Both the position numbers and the translations under genes were made by a program. The notes under the pieces were generated by a model. It was not told where the DNA came from and did not search any database. It saw only the letters and a list, made by a program, of their open reading frames with translations. DNA of 61,934 nucleotides, the filler included, from a bacterium (lineage in GTDB: Bacteria > JAJRZV01), in NCBI GenBank assembly GCA_024275095.1. It is 4 parts of 4 records of this genome, joined end to end, with 100 filler letters (N's around TTAATTAATTAA, not from the genome) between each part and the next. Parts side by side here need not be neighbours in the genome. Positions count along the whole stretch, not along the records: positions 40,960 to 57,253 come from JAJRZV010000018.1; 3 more parts are not named here. One strand, written 5' to 3'. Positions 43,105 through 53,171 of the stretch are shown in pieces (within the stretch, counting starts at the first letter, position 1; each line of letters starts with the position of its first letter).

Positions 43105-43206
43105 ACTATGCACAGCGGCTTTGCGTGCTTTTTACATTATATAAGTATAATTCAGGATGTACGACCGAATGTTCGAATATCTCTGAAAATCATCTATTAC
43201 TATTAC

Positions 43207-43280
43207 TGGGCCACCCAGGACTCGAACCTGGAACCAACGGATTAAGAGTCCGCTGCTCTACCATATTGAGCTAGTGGCCC
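43207..43280 (-). tRNA. tRNA-Lys(CTT)
   Basis: GGGCCAC/GTGGCCC acceptor, GCGGA-CTCTTAA-TCCGT anticodon arm, TTCGAGT T-loop; CCA not encoded. Confidence 0.95.
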
Positions 43281-43468
43281 ACGGATGCTTTCTTCTTCGC
43301 TGCTCAGTATAGGCCGCCATTCTCCTATTTTCAACACCTGTAAAACTCTTTTGAAACTTCGGGCGCTTAACAAAGCGACCCCAGGTTATATTGACCCACC
43401 AGAGTGAAACATGACTTGTGTAAGGGATGCACGAGACAGGATTAAATTTCTATTTGACCCTTAAGGAA

Positions 43469-43861
43469 TCAGGCCACTGCGATCCTATCCAGGACAAATT
43501 CTTTAACCTTTTCTGCTATCTCTATTGATTCTTTAGCTTCGCTACGACTGGGAAAGTATATTTCATCTGGATATCTTACCACTACTGAATATTTTGTAAG
43601 ATAATCTGCATTCCAGCCAGGCATTTCTTCAAATTCATTATCAACTTCTGCACACGCTTTGATCAATTCTGTAATGTCATGGTTTTTTCTTATCTCCTTG
43701 TCGTGATAAGTAAGAAAGGCCTTCAAAAACTTTTCAACACATTGCTGAGAACGGAAACAAACTGATCTGAAAACCGGGTCCTCTGAATTCATCTCATGAC
43801 GGGCAGTTTTCAAATCATCCTTTGCAAGTTGAATCCAGTTTTTCACTATCTCTTCATTCAT
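43469..43861 (-). CDS. HEPN domain protein
   Basis: WIQLAKDDL..A, CFRSQQCVEKFLKA, HDITEL, RYP pattern; ATGA overlap with the upstream MNT remnant. Confidence 0.88.
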   Translation of the reverse strand: MNEEIVKNWIQLAKDDLKTARHEMNSEDPVFRSVCFRSQQCVEKFLKAFLTYHDKEIRKNHDITELIKACAEVDNEFEEMPGWNADYLTKYSVVVRYPDEIYFPSRSEAKESIEIAEKVKEFVLDRIAVA

Positions 43862-44177
43862 ATTTCAACACCTTCTTTAAGAGCATAATACGTTATAATT
43901 CTTACATTGATCTTCTGTTTTTCAACATCCATCAGGGATTTTATAAAAATATCATTGGGAATCTTTCTTTCTGCCAATCTCCTTTTAATCTTCAGAATTA
44001 TTTCCCATTTTTTTATACGGGATTTCCCTATCTGCTACAACAAAAAAATCCCAGTCGCTTTCTTTTCTACCCATTCCCCTGACTCTGCTTCCAAAAAGAA
44101 GAATTTTGATCACTATAGCCTTCTTTTTCCACTTCTTCTTCTATTATCCGTTTAGCAGTGTGGAGAACGGATTTCAT
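43858..44177 (-). pseudogene. Minimal nucleotidyltransferase (MNT) antitoxin with two frameshifts; absent from the ORF track
   Basis: Manual translation: MKSVLHTAKRIIEEEVEKEGY / VIKILLFGSRVRGMGRKESDWDFFVV...PYKK / WEIILKIKRRL...ALKEGVEI*; shifts near 44114 and at the A7 tract 44008-44014. Confidence 0.85.
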
Positions 44178-44491
44178 AACGTGGTCTCAAAAAATATTTT
44201 GCTTTGAGTACTTATTGTACACCCATACTCACTCGAAAGAAGCAGAATAACAGCTTGCATGAAAGTTTTTAAATTACCTCCCGGCCGGCCATGTTTTCAG
44301 GGCTTTACCACATTAAGATCAAGCCACGGCAATCTTTCTGTGGCATTACGCCCTGGGACAAAGGAAATCACAATGCGTGATATCCTGCTATCACGTTCTC
44401 ACAGAATTCCTCACCTTCCGCTACTCCCCACTCAGACATATACCCTCGAATACATGAAATGTTAAGTCCCTACAACAGCAACCCACAAAAT

Positions 44492-46140
44492 CTATTCTGT
44501 ACCAATCTCCATGCCCGGCACACCGACCTGGAGCCATGCCAGCAGCTTGTTAAGCGAGTAAAGGTCTGCCGGAGCGAAACCCAGAACATCTGCTTCAGGA
44601 AGATAAGGCAACTGAGAGAGGTCAAGGAAAAGCATTCCATTAAACGTGGGGTCCTGGAATCCGATATAAAAGATGGTTTCGTCAAACACTGGTCCCATGT
44701 CAGGCCCAATACCGTCTGCGGCGATTTTTGTGGCTACAGCCTGACCCTTGAACTGCACCGCATCCGGGAAATGACTCCAGTCATAGCCGGCCACATGAGC
44801 CGAAGAGTAATAGAGGCTTTCACCTTCCACGAGAAATTCCTTTGGCGTATCAGGACTCCCGTCATCATCATACCAGATGGGCAGGTAATCCCTCAGAGGC
44901 TTTGGACCTGATGTGTACTCGGGTCCGGGGCCGAGAAAGAAAGCCGCGGGATCTATCCGTACCACGTTGGGGATTTCCGGCACATCAAACAAGGGAGAAA
45001 ATCCCTGAAGAATCTCATTTACATCAGCAGCATCAATGTACACAGGCTGACCACCGCCTTTGTCCACCATTGCAAGGCTCTGCTCCAGTTTCCAGAAAAG
45101 TGCAGAAACACTCTGGTGCACGCTGTCAAACACCTGGGCCAGATCGGCATTGAGAGTAAGAACAATTCCCTCGGGCATGGAAGGAACGGATATTACATCT
45201 CCAACCTCTGCACCTCTCACTCCAATGATGAACTTATCCCCGGGCGAGAACCTGCCCAGGGGTACGGTGTCAACAAATCCCAGAACATTGTCTGTAACGT
45301 CGGCGTCAACCTGAGCCTGCTGAAAGAGGAAGGGTATAATTCCCTCGTCATCTGAGACATCTTCTGCCACTTCACCGGAATCATTCAGTGCACGCAGAAG
45401 GTCAAGCCAGCGGTTGTCAATGTTGTCAAATCGAACCCGGTCTTCCGCATTACTGGAAAGGCCAAAAGGTCCGGATTCCAATCCATAAGGGCCCCAAGAG
45501 AGCGGATCATTTCAACCGTGTTCTCCTCGTTCAAATCCGGCATCTGAAAAACCTCTACTTCGAGAGAATGAGAATAGAGAAAATCAAACATGGAGAGGAT
45601 AAACTCTCCAACAGCATAAACAACCCGAGCCACTGTCTGATCCCACTGGTAACCCAGTGTGACGGAGAATGACATCCAGGATTCAGGGCCGGTGATGGAA
45701 AAGTTCACCCCATAAGGCGTGTAAAAAGTACAGTTGTTCTGATACGCATAAAGAGCATTGTCCCTCAATTCGGTAATCAGGTTTTCATAGGGATCGAGAT
45801 AAGTGTGCACGTAACTCATCAGGTCAACACCCAGGGTCTGAATGTCTGAAAGAGCATTTTGGGTCGCTGCTTCCGCTCCCATATTCATCAAGTTTTCAAG
45901 TGTGTCCAGAAGCTCCTGAATATTGACCAGCATGTAGAGGTAGTGTTTCTCACATTCAGTGAACTCTCCGTCCAGCTCAGGCTCCTGTTCCTTGACTGCG
46001 CTGTAATCACTGGAAGCAAGGGCCTGGTACACACTTTCCTTCACATCCGGGGCATTTTCTTTCACCCCGTCAGAACATGAACACATGAAGGCAAAAATTA
46101 ATGCCCAGATGACCCACCCTTTATTCCTCATAAAAATCAC
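44492..46140 (-). pseudogene. Large acidic lipoprotein-like protein (about 549 aa if joined) split by a frameshift near 45457-45467
   Basis: Signal peptide with FMCSC; two overlapping ORFs of similar acidic composition; one added T joins DLLAF to SSNAEDRVRFD. Confidence 0.6.
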
Positions 46141-46309
46141 CTCCTTCCCCCTCTAAGGAATGATGCCTCTATCACTTCTATCTATCATAAATAATTATAT
46201 CAAATACTTCGGCAGAGCGCTTTAAAATTTTCGAGTGCACTTTTTTGAAAAAAAATAGCAGGTGTGACGAACTTAACAGCAAATGCAAGAAAGATTCGCT
46301 ATTTTTTTA

Positions 46310-46337
46310 TTGCAAAATACACATCAAAATGTAAGAT
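46310..46337 (+). promoter_or_regulatory. Putative sigma70 promoter
   Basis: TTGCAA-N16-TAAGAT upstream of strong SD AAGGAGG and ATG 46398. Confidence 0.4.
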
Positions 46338-46397
46338 GTTTATGAAGTTTATGGAGATTATAAATTCAAACAATCAAACCCTGAAGGAGGTGGTGAT

Positions 46398-46979
46398 ATG
46401 AGAAGAATCACCAAGATTGTAACAGGTTTGTCTGTCCTCGCATTCCTCGCTGCCTGCGGAGGTGGGGTTAAGCCGCCCGAGTGGGTTACGAAAGGTTCGG
46501 GTGCGTTCCCCGGAGATCAGGGCGCTGTACTTTATGGAGTGGGTGTGGCGAGCAAATCTCCAAATATTGCTCTCCAGCGAAAAATTGCAGATAACCGTGC
46601 GCGCCAGGAACTTGCTGCTCAGATCAGCACTTATGTGGCCACTTTCATGAAGGATTTCATGGAACAGCACAAGGACTATTTCAATCCTGATGCAGCAGGA
46701 TCAGATGAACTCGTACAGTTCGTTTCCAAGTCCGTATCCGAAGCCACACTCGTAGGTTCTCAGATCGTGGACAGGTGGACCGATCCACGAGACGGCACCC
46801 TTTACAGTCTGGCCGTCCTGCGTGTAGACGACGTGCTTAATCAGATCAAGGAAAAAACCAAGCAGGCCATCCGTGCACAGCACAGGGCCGTGGTTGTGGA
46901 AAAAGCCAACGAGCTGGTAAAAGAGCTGGATAAGGCTGTAGAGCAGAAAAGGCAGTACGAGTCCGGGGTGGTCCAGTAA
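46398..46979 (+). CDS. LPP20-family lipoprotein
   Basis: LAAC lipobox; PEWV, YGVG, ADNRARQELAAQI, GTLYSL. Confidence 0.8.
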   Translation: MRRITKIVTGLSVLAFLAACGGGVKPPEWVTKGSGAFPGDQGAVLYGVGVASKSPNIALQRKIADNRARQELAAQISTYVATFMKDFMEQHKDYFNPDAAGSDELVQFVSKSVSEATLVGSQIVDRWTDPRDGTLYSLAVLRVDDVLNQIKEKTKQAIRAQHRAVVVEKANELVKELDKAVEQKRQYESGVVQ

Positions 46980-47006
46980 CCGGTTACTTTTTAAAAGTCC
47001 GAAACA

Positions 47007-47939
47007 ATGAAAAAAAAGGGAGGTTGCCGTGGAAGAAGGGTAATCTCCCTTTTTTTACTTCTTCTACTTTTTTCTCCATTTCCAGCATGTTCACCCTCAC
47101 AAACGCCTCACGTTCCATCGTGGATAAAGCGTACCCCGGCAGAACACGGTTATGTTTATGCTGTCGGTTCCTGCGGAAAAACATTCTTTCCACGAGACGC
47201 TGAAAATTGCGCGCGTCGGGACGGTGTTGTCAACCTTGCCCTCATGTTGAACGCGTCCGTCAGTGAAAAGACGGTAACGTTCACGGGCAAGCATACAGTA
47301 ACTACCGAAAGTGCTTTAGATGTATATCTCCCTGTGGACATACTCGCGAAAATCACTGAAAAAGCAGAAGTTGTTGATATATGGTACGACGAAAAAGGGT
47401 TATCAGGTCCGCCAGGCACCACGTATGCGCTGCTGAGAACACCGTTAAAAGAAATTGCTCAATTCGGAGCAGCCCGTCCACCACAAGAAGAATGGAAGGA
47501 CATAACACTTTCCGCGGTTAACCAGTGCAAGGGAAGTTTTTCCAAAGTGCTGCTTAAGTCTAAAATAGCTGCCGAAGGCATCTGCCCGCCCCGTTTTTTC
47601 AGAAAAGATGCTATGCTGTGTGCACGCAAAGAAGCATTTGCAGAACTTGCCAGAATAATAGTGGTGTCTGTAAAGGAAGTGATACTCGATTTCGTGGACA
47701 ATTCCCGTACTGGTTCTTACATAATCTCAACCATAATCACCGACGCTGTTCTCAACGGTGCAGTACTTGATAAATTTTTCTTCGACGAAAATGGTAATGC
47801 TCATGCTGTCGTATCAATCAGTGGCAAAAATCTCACCCAGAGCATCGAAAACACTGCCAAACACCTCCGGAGAAGTGGCAAAGAAGGAACAGCAAACCTA
47901 CTAACGTGCCTTTTGAAGCACATTACATTCGGGAAATGA
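47007..47939 (+). CDS. Lipoprotein with two tandem LPP20-like domains
   Basis: FPAC lipobox-like; PSWI...YAVG; internal repeat G.C...FF..DA..CAR......LA. Confidence 0.65.
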   Translation: MKKKGGCRGRRVISLFLLLLLFSPFPACSPSQTPHVPSWIKRTPAEHGYVYAVGSCGKTFFPRDAENCARRDGVVNLALMLNASVSEKTVTFTGKHTVTTESALDVYLPVDILAKITEKAEVVDIWYDEKGLSGPPGTTYALLRTPLKEIAQFGAARPPQEEWKDITLSAVNQCKGSFSKVLLKSKIAAEGICPPRFFRKDAMLCARKEAFAELARIIVVSVKEVILDFVDNSRTGSYIISTIITDAVLNGAVLDKFFFDENGNAHAVVSISGKNLTQSIENTAKHLRRSGKEGTANLLTCLLKHITFGK

Positions 47940-49507
47940 ACCCCGATGCTCAATCACTCAATGTGGCTGATGCCCTCCTTCAAATGCTACTTCAGAAAGA
48001 AATTAACACGTGTTTTCAACTGCCGGGCAGCCAGGTAATCCATTTTCTCTCCAGTAAAGTGCTAAAAAAATTCAAAGTGGTGGATATGGTCCATGAAAGT
48101 CACGGGGTGTACATGGCGGGGGGTTATGCAGCAGCCTCAGGTCGTGCGGCACTCGTACTCACCGCCGGGGGACCGGGTGTACTCAACACCGTATGTGCCC
48201 TATCTCACCTTTCAAAATACAGTTTTCCGTGCGTGATGATCTCAGGAACGGTGTCAAAAAGTGGAAGGATTTCCCATGCATTTCAGGATATTAACGTCTT
48301 TCCGGTGATACAAAAAGTCGTCAAAAGTGCTGTGCGTCTTACAGAGCCTGCAAATCTGGACAGAGTAAAAGACCTTGTTGAATTGACACTTAAAGAACCG
48401 GCGGGGCCCGTATATCTGGAGGTACCGATAGAAATACAAAAGTTGAGTCTCTCGACACCGCAGTTAAAAATCAGACATTCTTCCTGCACTCACAGGAACA
48501 TATCACTTAAACATGACCGGAAAAAAATGCTTAAATCCAGAAAGCGTGTTGTAGTCATCGCTGGCGAGAGGTTTTTAACAAATCCTGCCTTAAAGAAAAC
48601 TTTAAAAACTTATCTGCAAAAATACCCCGTAGCGGTTGTAGCACCATACGGGATAAAGGGGGTGCATCTCCATGAATTGAAGCTCGTGCCCCTTCTTCAT
48701 CCAGAAAAGATTTTCCAGCAAGATGTGCTTGTGGTTACAGCTGGTGTGGGAAAAGACTGGCGGATAAAAGCTCTGTTAAAAGGCCTTAACACGGAGGTTC
48801 TTAGAATCGAGAGCTGTGAAATTGATTCCCTCTTCAAAACAATGAACAGAAACCTTCTTGATGGAGAATGGGTACAGGCACTGGAAAAATACGAACACCA
48901 CCTCATTGAGGAATACGTCAGCACCGGGGACTCCAACCCGGCGGTACTCCTTCAAAAGGTGGCCAAAGTCCTGTGTGAACCTGTGAATCTGGTAGCAGAT
49001 GGAGGAGATGCTTCGGTACTGGCCGAATGTTTTTTCCCTTCCGGATTAACATTATCGTTTGCTGGTCCCGGACCTCTCTGGAATATTGGAGCAGGACTGC
49101 CGACAGCAATTGGAATGTGGGTGGCTTCTGGCAAAAAAACCCTTCTCATCACCGGAGACGGATCTATGGGCATGTCATTTTCAGAAATATTCACCCTTAA
49201 AAAACTCAATGCAAACGTCAAAATTCTTGTTCTTAACGATGCATCGTGGGGACTGATCAAAAAAACACACGGAAATGAAGGAAAGTCTATACAGAGGGCG
49301 ACAGAACTGGATGTTCGGCTGTACGGTGCAGCAGCAAAGGCGCTCGGCATAAGCGGCACAGATGTAGATATTCGAAAAGTTAACGAAAGGCTCCTCGCCC
49401 GTTTCTTCAGGAACAACGGACCCGCTGTTATTAATGTTTTCACTGGCAACAACAGGCCGTCGCATGCAAAACTACTGATACAAAAAGCTCTGGAGGGTTA
49501 CCTGTGA
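47936..49507 (+). CDS. Thiamine-diphosphate-dependent enzyme (acetolactate synthase-like superfamily)
   Basis: HES catalytic Glu, GPGVLN, GPVYLEVP, GDGS...LNDASWG; ATGA overlap sets start at 47936. Confidence 0.85.
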   Translation: MNPDAQSLNVADALLQMLLQKEINTCFQLPGSQVIHFLSSKVLKKFKVVDMVHESHGVYMAGGYAAASGRAALVLTAGGPGVLNTVCALSHLSKYSFPCVMISGTVSKSGRISHAFQDINVFPVIQKVVKSAVRLTEPANLDRVKDLVELTLKEPAGPVYLEVPIEIQKLSLSTPQLKIRHSSCTHRNISLKHDRKKMLKSRKRVVVIAGERFLTNPALKKTLKTYLQKYPVAVVAPYGIKGVHLHELKLVPLLHPEKIFQQDVLVVTAGVGKDWRIKALLKGLNTEVLRIESCEIDSLFKTMNRNLLDGEWVQALEKYEHHLIEEYVSTGDSNPAVLLQKVAKVLCEPVNLVADGGDASVLAECFFPSGLTLSFAGPGPLWNIGAGLPTAIGMWVASGKKTLLITGDGSMGMSFSEIFTLKKLNANVKILVLNDASWGLIKKTHGNEGKSIQRATELDVRLYGAAAKALGISGTDVDIRKVNERLLARFFRNNGPAVINVFTGNNRPSHAKLLIQKALEGYL

Positions 49508-50739
49508 AAATTGTAGAAATTGCTAACTACCACGTGCGTAAAGCAGCAAAAACACTGGGTATGTCCAAACGAATAGAGAAACTTCTCATAAATCCTCGTC
49601 GCGAGGTAAAGGTAGAACTTGTCATTGAAAAAGAAGACGGCACCCTTGGTATTTACACGGGCTATCGGGTTCAGCATTCTAACGCTCGTGGGCCGATGAA
49701 AGGAGGGCTGCGGTATCACCCCACAGTCGATGACGACGATGTAAAAGGCCTGGCATCTCTCATGACCTGGAAGACAGCGCTTGTAAATATTCCATTTGGT
49801 GGAGCAAAAGGTGGAATATCCGTCGATCCCGCGGAGCTCTCCGAAAAGGAAAAAGAGCTACTAACGCGTAAATTCGTCGAAAGTATCCACGAAATCATTG
49901 GACCAAACATCGACATTCCTGCCCCGGACGTCAACACCAACCAGCAGGTGATGGCGTGGATTATGGACGAATATGCAAAATTCCACGGATTCGAACCGGC
50001 GGTTGTCACCGGAAAACCTGTTGATCTCTTCGGCTCCCCTGGCAGAGAAGAAGCAACCGGCCGTGGAGTCTTCATCATTACAAAAACATACCTGGAGAGA
50101 ATGGGTAAACCGGCAAACGTAACCACATTTGCCGTCCAGGGATTTGGGAACGTGGGTTCTCATGCAGCGTACTTTGCATGGGAAGCAGGTGGAAAAATTG
50201 TGGCCGTGTCTGACGTAACATGCTGTATTTACAATCCAGAAGGCATACACATTCCATCAGCTATTGAACATGTAAAAGCCCACGGTGCACTCAAAGGCTT
50301 TGACGGGGGTGAGGAAAAAGAACGCGACTTTGCACTCTACTGCGAGTGCGATGTACTTGTACCGGCAGCACTGGGTGGAGTTATCTCCACAGAAAATGCA
50401 GATGAGATAAGAGCGAAGATAATCGTTGAAGGTGCCAATGCCCCGATCACACCTTCTGCTGAGGAAACTCTGGAAAAGAAGGGCGTTCAAATTATTCCTG
50501 GAATTCTTGCTAATGCAGGAGGTGTAACAGCTTCGTACTTCGAATGGGTACAGAATATTCAGCGCTTCCGCTGGTCAAGAGAACAGGTGTACCGCGAAAT
50601 GGACAAAATTATGCTCGAAGCCTACAACAAGGTGGATGAACTTGCGCGTGAGAAAAAACTGAAGTTTCGAGAAGCAGCGTATATCATTGCACTGGGCCGC
50701 GTGGCCAAATCAGTGGCGCTCAGGGGGGTAATGGGATGA
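49504..50739 (+). CDS. gdhA: Glu/Leu/Phe/Val dehydrogenase, glutamate dehydrogenase type
   Basis: KGGLRYHP, MTWK, GGAKGG, PAPDVNT, QGFGNVG, NAGGV. Confidence 0.92.
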   Translation: MKIVEIANYHVRKAAKTLGMSKRIEKLLINPRREVKVELVIEKEDGTLGIYTGYRVQHSNARGPMKGGLRYHPTVDDDDVKGLASLMTWKTALVNIPFGGAKGGISVDPAELSEKEKELLTRKFVESIHEIIGPNIDIPAPDVNTNQQVMAWIMDEYAKFHGFEPAVVTGKPVDLFGSPGREEATGRGVFIITKTYLERMGKPANVTTFAVQGFGNVGSHAAYFAWEAGGKIVAVSDVTCCIYNPEGIHIPSAIEHVKAHGALKGFDGGEEKERDFALYCECDVLVPAALGGVISTENADEIRAKIIVEGANAPITPSAEETLEKKGVQIIPGILANAGGVTASYFEWVQNIQRFRWSREQVYREMDKIMLEAYNKVDELAREKKLKFREAAYIIALGRVAKSVALRGVMG

Positions 50740-51272
50740 AATGTCGACAAAAGCTTGAAAACCAGATAAGCAAATTAAAACTCTTCAAAAACTTCCCGGC
50801 TGACCTCATCAGAGAAATCTGTGAATTCTCCACCATTGAAGAGTACAGCAAAGGGGACATCATTTTTCATCAGGGTGATAAAGGAGATGCAATGTATATC
50901 ATTCTTGAAGGCAAAGTGAAAATATGCAGGATAGAAAAAAATCAAAAAATTAAGATTGCAGAACTCTCCAAAGGCGACTTCTTCGGTGAAATGGAAATAT
51001 TTGCTCCATCGCGTTCAGGTAGAGCCGGTGAAGCTGTTGCCATGACACGCACACGACTTTTAAAAATGGGCAAAAAGGAACTTCTGAAAGCCATCTCATC
51101 GGGAGCCAAGTCGGCAACACGTTTTCTTCTTACACTCAACAAAGTACTCATACAGAGACTTCGTAAGATGGATGAAGCATATACCCGTCTATTCATTGAA
51201 TATCATGGGAAAGAAAAAGTTGATGAACTACGTACACTGAAGGAAAAAATACTGAAAGAGTGGAAAATATAA
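50736..51272 (+). CDS. Stand-alone cyclic-nucleotide-binding domain protein
   Basis: IFHQGDKGDAMYIILEGKV, GDFFGEM, R in phosphate cassette; no CRP HTH. Confidence 0.88.
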   Translation: MKCRQKLENQISKLKLFKNFPADLIREICEFSTIEEYSKGDIIFHQGDKGDAMYIILEGKVKICRIEKNQKIKIAELSKGDFFGEMEIFAPSRSGRAGEAVAMTRTRLLKMGKKELLKAISSGAKSATRFLLTLNKVLIQRLRKMDEAYTRLFIEYHGKEKVDELRTLKEKILKEWKI

Positions 51273-51281
51273 ATAGACCCC

Positions 51282-52252
51282 CTATCCACCAAGAGAAATC
51301 ATGCCTTTTGACGCAGAAATATGCGGTTTTTCTGCCGAGTCTCCCGGAGGCTTGAAAAAAGGCTGCGGCGGAGGGCAGCAGCAATCTCTGCATCTGATTT
51401 GCCTTCCCTCAGCATTTTCTTGATGTCAGGACCCAGCGGACTGTAAAGGCATAGCCGCAATTTACCACTACTTGTAAGTCTGATCCGGTTGCACTCTCCA
51501 CAAAAACCCCGTGTTCTGGCCGGGATAATTCCAAATTCCACCCCCGGACGCGAGGATGAGTATACGTTTTCAACACCTTGTGAACGCAGGTAAGCAACGT
51601 GTGTCACACATTTCAAAAATTTCAACATTTCCTTTTCGCTCATGTACCCCTTTTCGGACCAGGAACTACCTGTCTCCACCAGCTCAATAAATCTGACTCT
51701 GATACCTGTCTCGCGGGAGAAATTTAAAAAATCCAGCATTTCTTCGTGATTCTGTCCCTTTATGATCACAACGTTGAGTTTTACGACCAGTCCTTCCCGA
51801 CGGGCGGATTCTATTCCATTCAACACGGAATAGAGCTCGTCACGTCCTGTAATGCTTCTGTAAACCCGGCGGTTGAGAGAGTCAAGGCTCACATTAACAC
51901 GTGTGACCCCAGCACGGCGAAGTTCACCAGAAAAATCCGCAAGTAAAGTTCCATTGGTTGTTAGAGTCACCTCCTGTATCCCTGGCATCGAAATTATACG
52001 CTCCATGAGCCCCACCGAGCCCTTTCGCAGAAGAGGCTCACCCCCAGTAAATCGAACGCGAGAAATACCCAGAGCTGCAAAAATCTGAATTACACGGTGA
52101 ATCTCTTCAAGTGACAGCAGTTCTCCTTCGGGGGTAAAGTATTCGCACTGCGCTGCAGGAACACAGTAACGACACTTCAAATTACACCTATCAGTAAGAG
52201 ATACGCGAAGGTATGTAATTGTCCTGCCCAGCCCGTCTCGCAAGTGAAGCAC
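51282..52252 (-). CDS. moaA: GTP 3',8-cyclase MoaA with a frameshift in the T6 tract at 51355-51360
   Basis: CNLKCRYC, TGGEPLLR, FCGECNRIRL...LCL; the conserved tail FKPP...MISLGG* lies in another frame ending at TAG 51282. Confidence 0.92.
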
Positions 52253-52253
52253 C

Positions 52254-52466
52254 CTATTCTTTCTGTTCCTCGTCAGAGGCGGAACTCACCTTTTCAGAAA
52301 TGGCTTTCTTGTCCTCTCCACCACCTTCATCCACCTCTCTCACTGCTTTTCTGAATTCTCTCATGGCCTTGCCCATGCCTTTGGCAACCTCTGGCAGCTT
52401 CCTGCCTCCAAAGATAAGCAGAACAATGGCCAGAATAATGAGTAGTTCATAAAAACCCATTGTCAT
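52254..52466 (-). CDS. tatA: Twin-arginine translocase TatA/E
   Basis: ELLIILAIVLLIFGGRKLPE..KGMGKAMREFRKA. Confidence 0.93.
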   Translation of the reverse strand: MTMGFYELLIILAIVLLIFGGRKLPEVAKGMGKAMREFRKAVREVDEGGGEDKKAISEKVSSASDEEQKE

Positions 52467-52472
52467 AGGATA

Positions 52473-53168
52473 TCACCTCCCATGGCAGAATATACAGGGC
52501 CGATCGGTTTCTCTATCGAGCCCCGGATGCTTCTCGACCCATCCCGGGGGATGTGGATTGCCCCCGATACCCCCTGCACGATGACATTCAATACAATCTG
52601 TTGCAGCACCTCTTTCATGACACGAAACGCATTTGACAATATTTCGTCTGGCTTCAGTTCCGTGATTCCATGCAGATGGATGAGGATTTCGAGGAAGCGA
52701 CGAAGAACCTGGAGCGTAAGACTTGTCTACGTGACAATCGTAGCAATAACTCTGTGTATGACACCGATAGCACCGGTCTGGCTCCACCTTTGCCTCAACG
52801 AAGTGCCGTGATATCCAGTTGCCTCTGTGGGGGAAGGTGCTTTCTACATCTTCAGGATTTTTCTCCGAGGGTTTCAACGATTGTTTGAAAGAGTGACACT
52901 CTGCACAGTAAGTTCGGGAATGACATTTTTCACACTCGGCTGATCTGTTGACAGCCACTGATTTATGCACATCAACCCATACAGCGTTATGAGTAAGGAT
53001 TTCAAGTCTTACCGATGTGTCATGACATGTGCTGCACCGGGCTTCCTGTATAGTGTCTTTATGCTGAATGAACACCTGTCTCCGCGTGGCTGCCAGCACA
53101 TTTGAAACACATGTCAAAAAGAAAAGCCAGGTGATAACGGCGATTCTCTCTTTCATCTTCAAGACCAA
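52473..53168 (-). CDS. Periplasmic octaheme c-type cytochrome
   Basis: Sec-type signal; eight CxxCH motifs; nine further His; alternative start ATG 53156. Confidence 0.92.
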   Translation of the reverse strand: MVLKMKERIAVITWLFFLTCVSNVLAATRRQVFIQHKDTIQEARCSTCHDTSVRLEILTHNAVWVDVHKSVAVNRSAECEKCHSRTYCAECHSFKQSLKPSEKNPEDVESTFPHRGNWISRHFVEAKVEPDRCYRCHTQSYCYDCHVDKSYAPGSSSLPRNPHPSAWNHGTEARRNIVKCVSCHERGAATDCIECHRAGGIGGNPHPPGWVEKHPGLDRETDRPCIFCHGR

Positions 53169-53171
53169 CTC

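Noticed and set aside
44259-44465. 68-aa plus-strand ORF in the gap next to the MNT remnant
   Set aside because: No SD, motif or coding-like composition that I can support.
43021-46140. Prophage or integrative island at tRNA-Leu/Lys
   Set aside because: The HEPN/MNT patch is on the 5' side of the tRNAs; no integrase or duplicated tRNA 3' end was seen.
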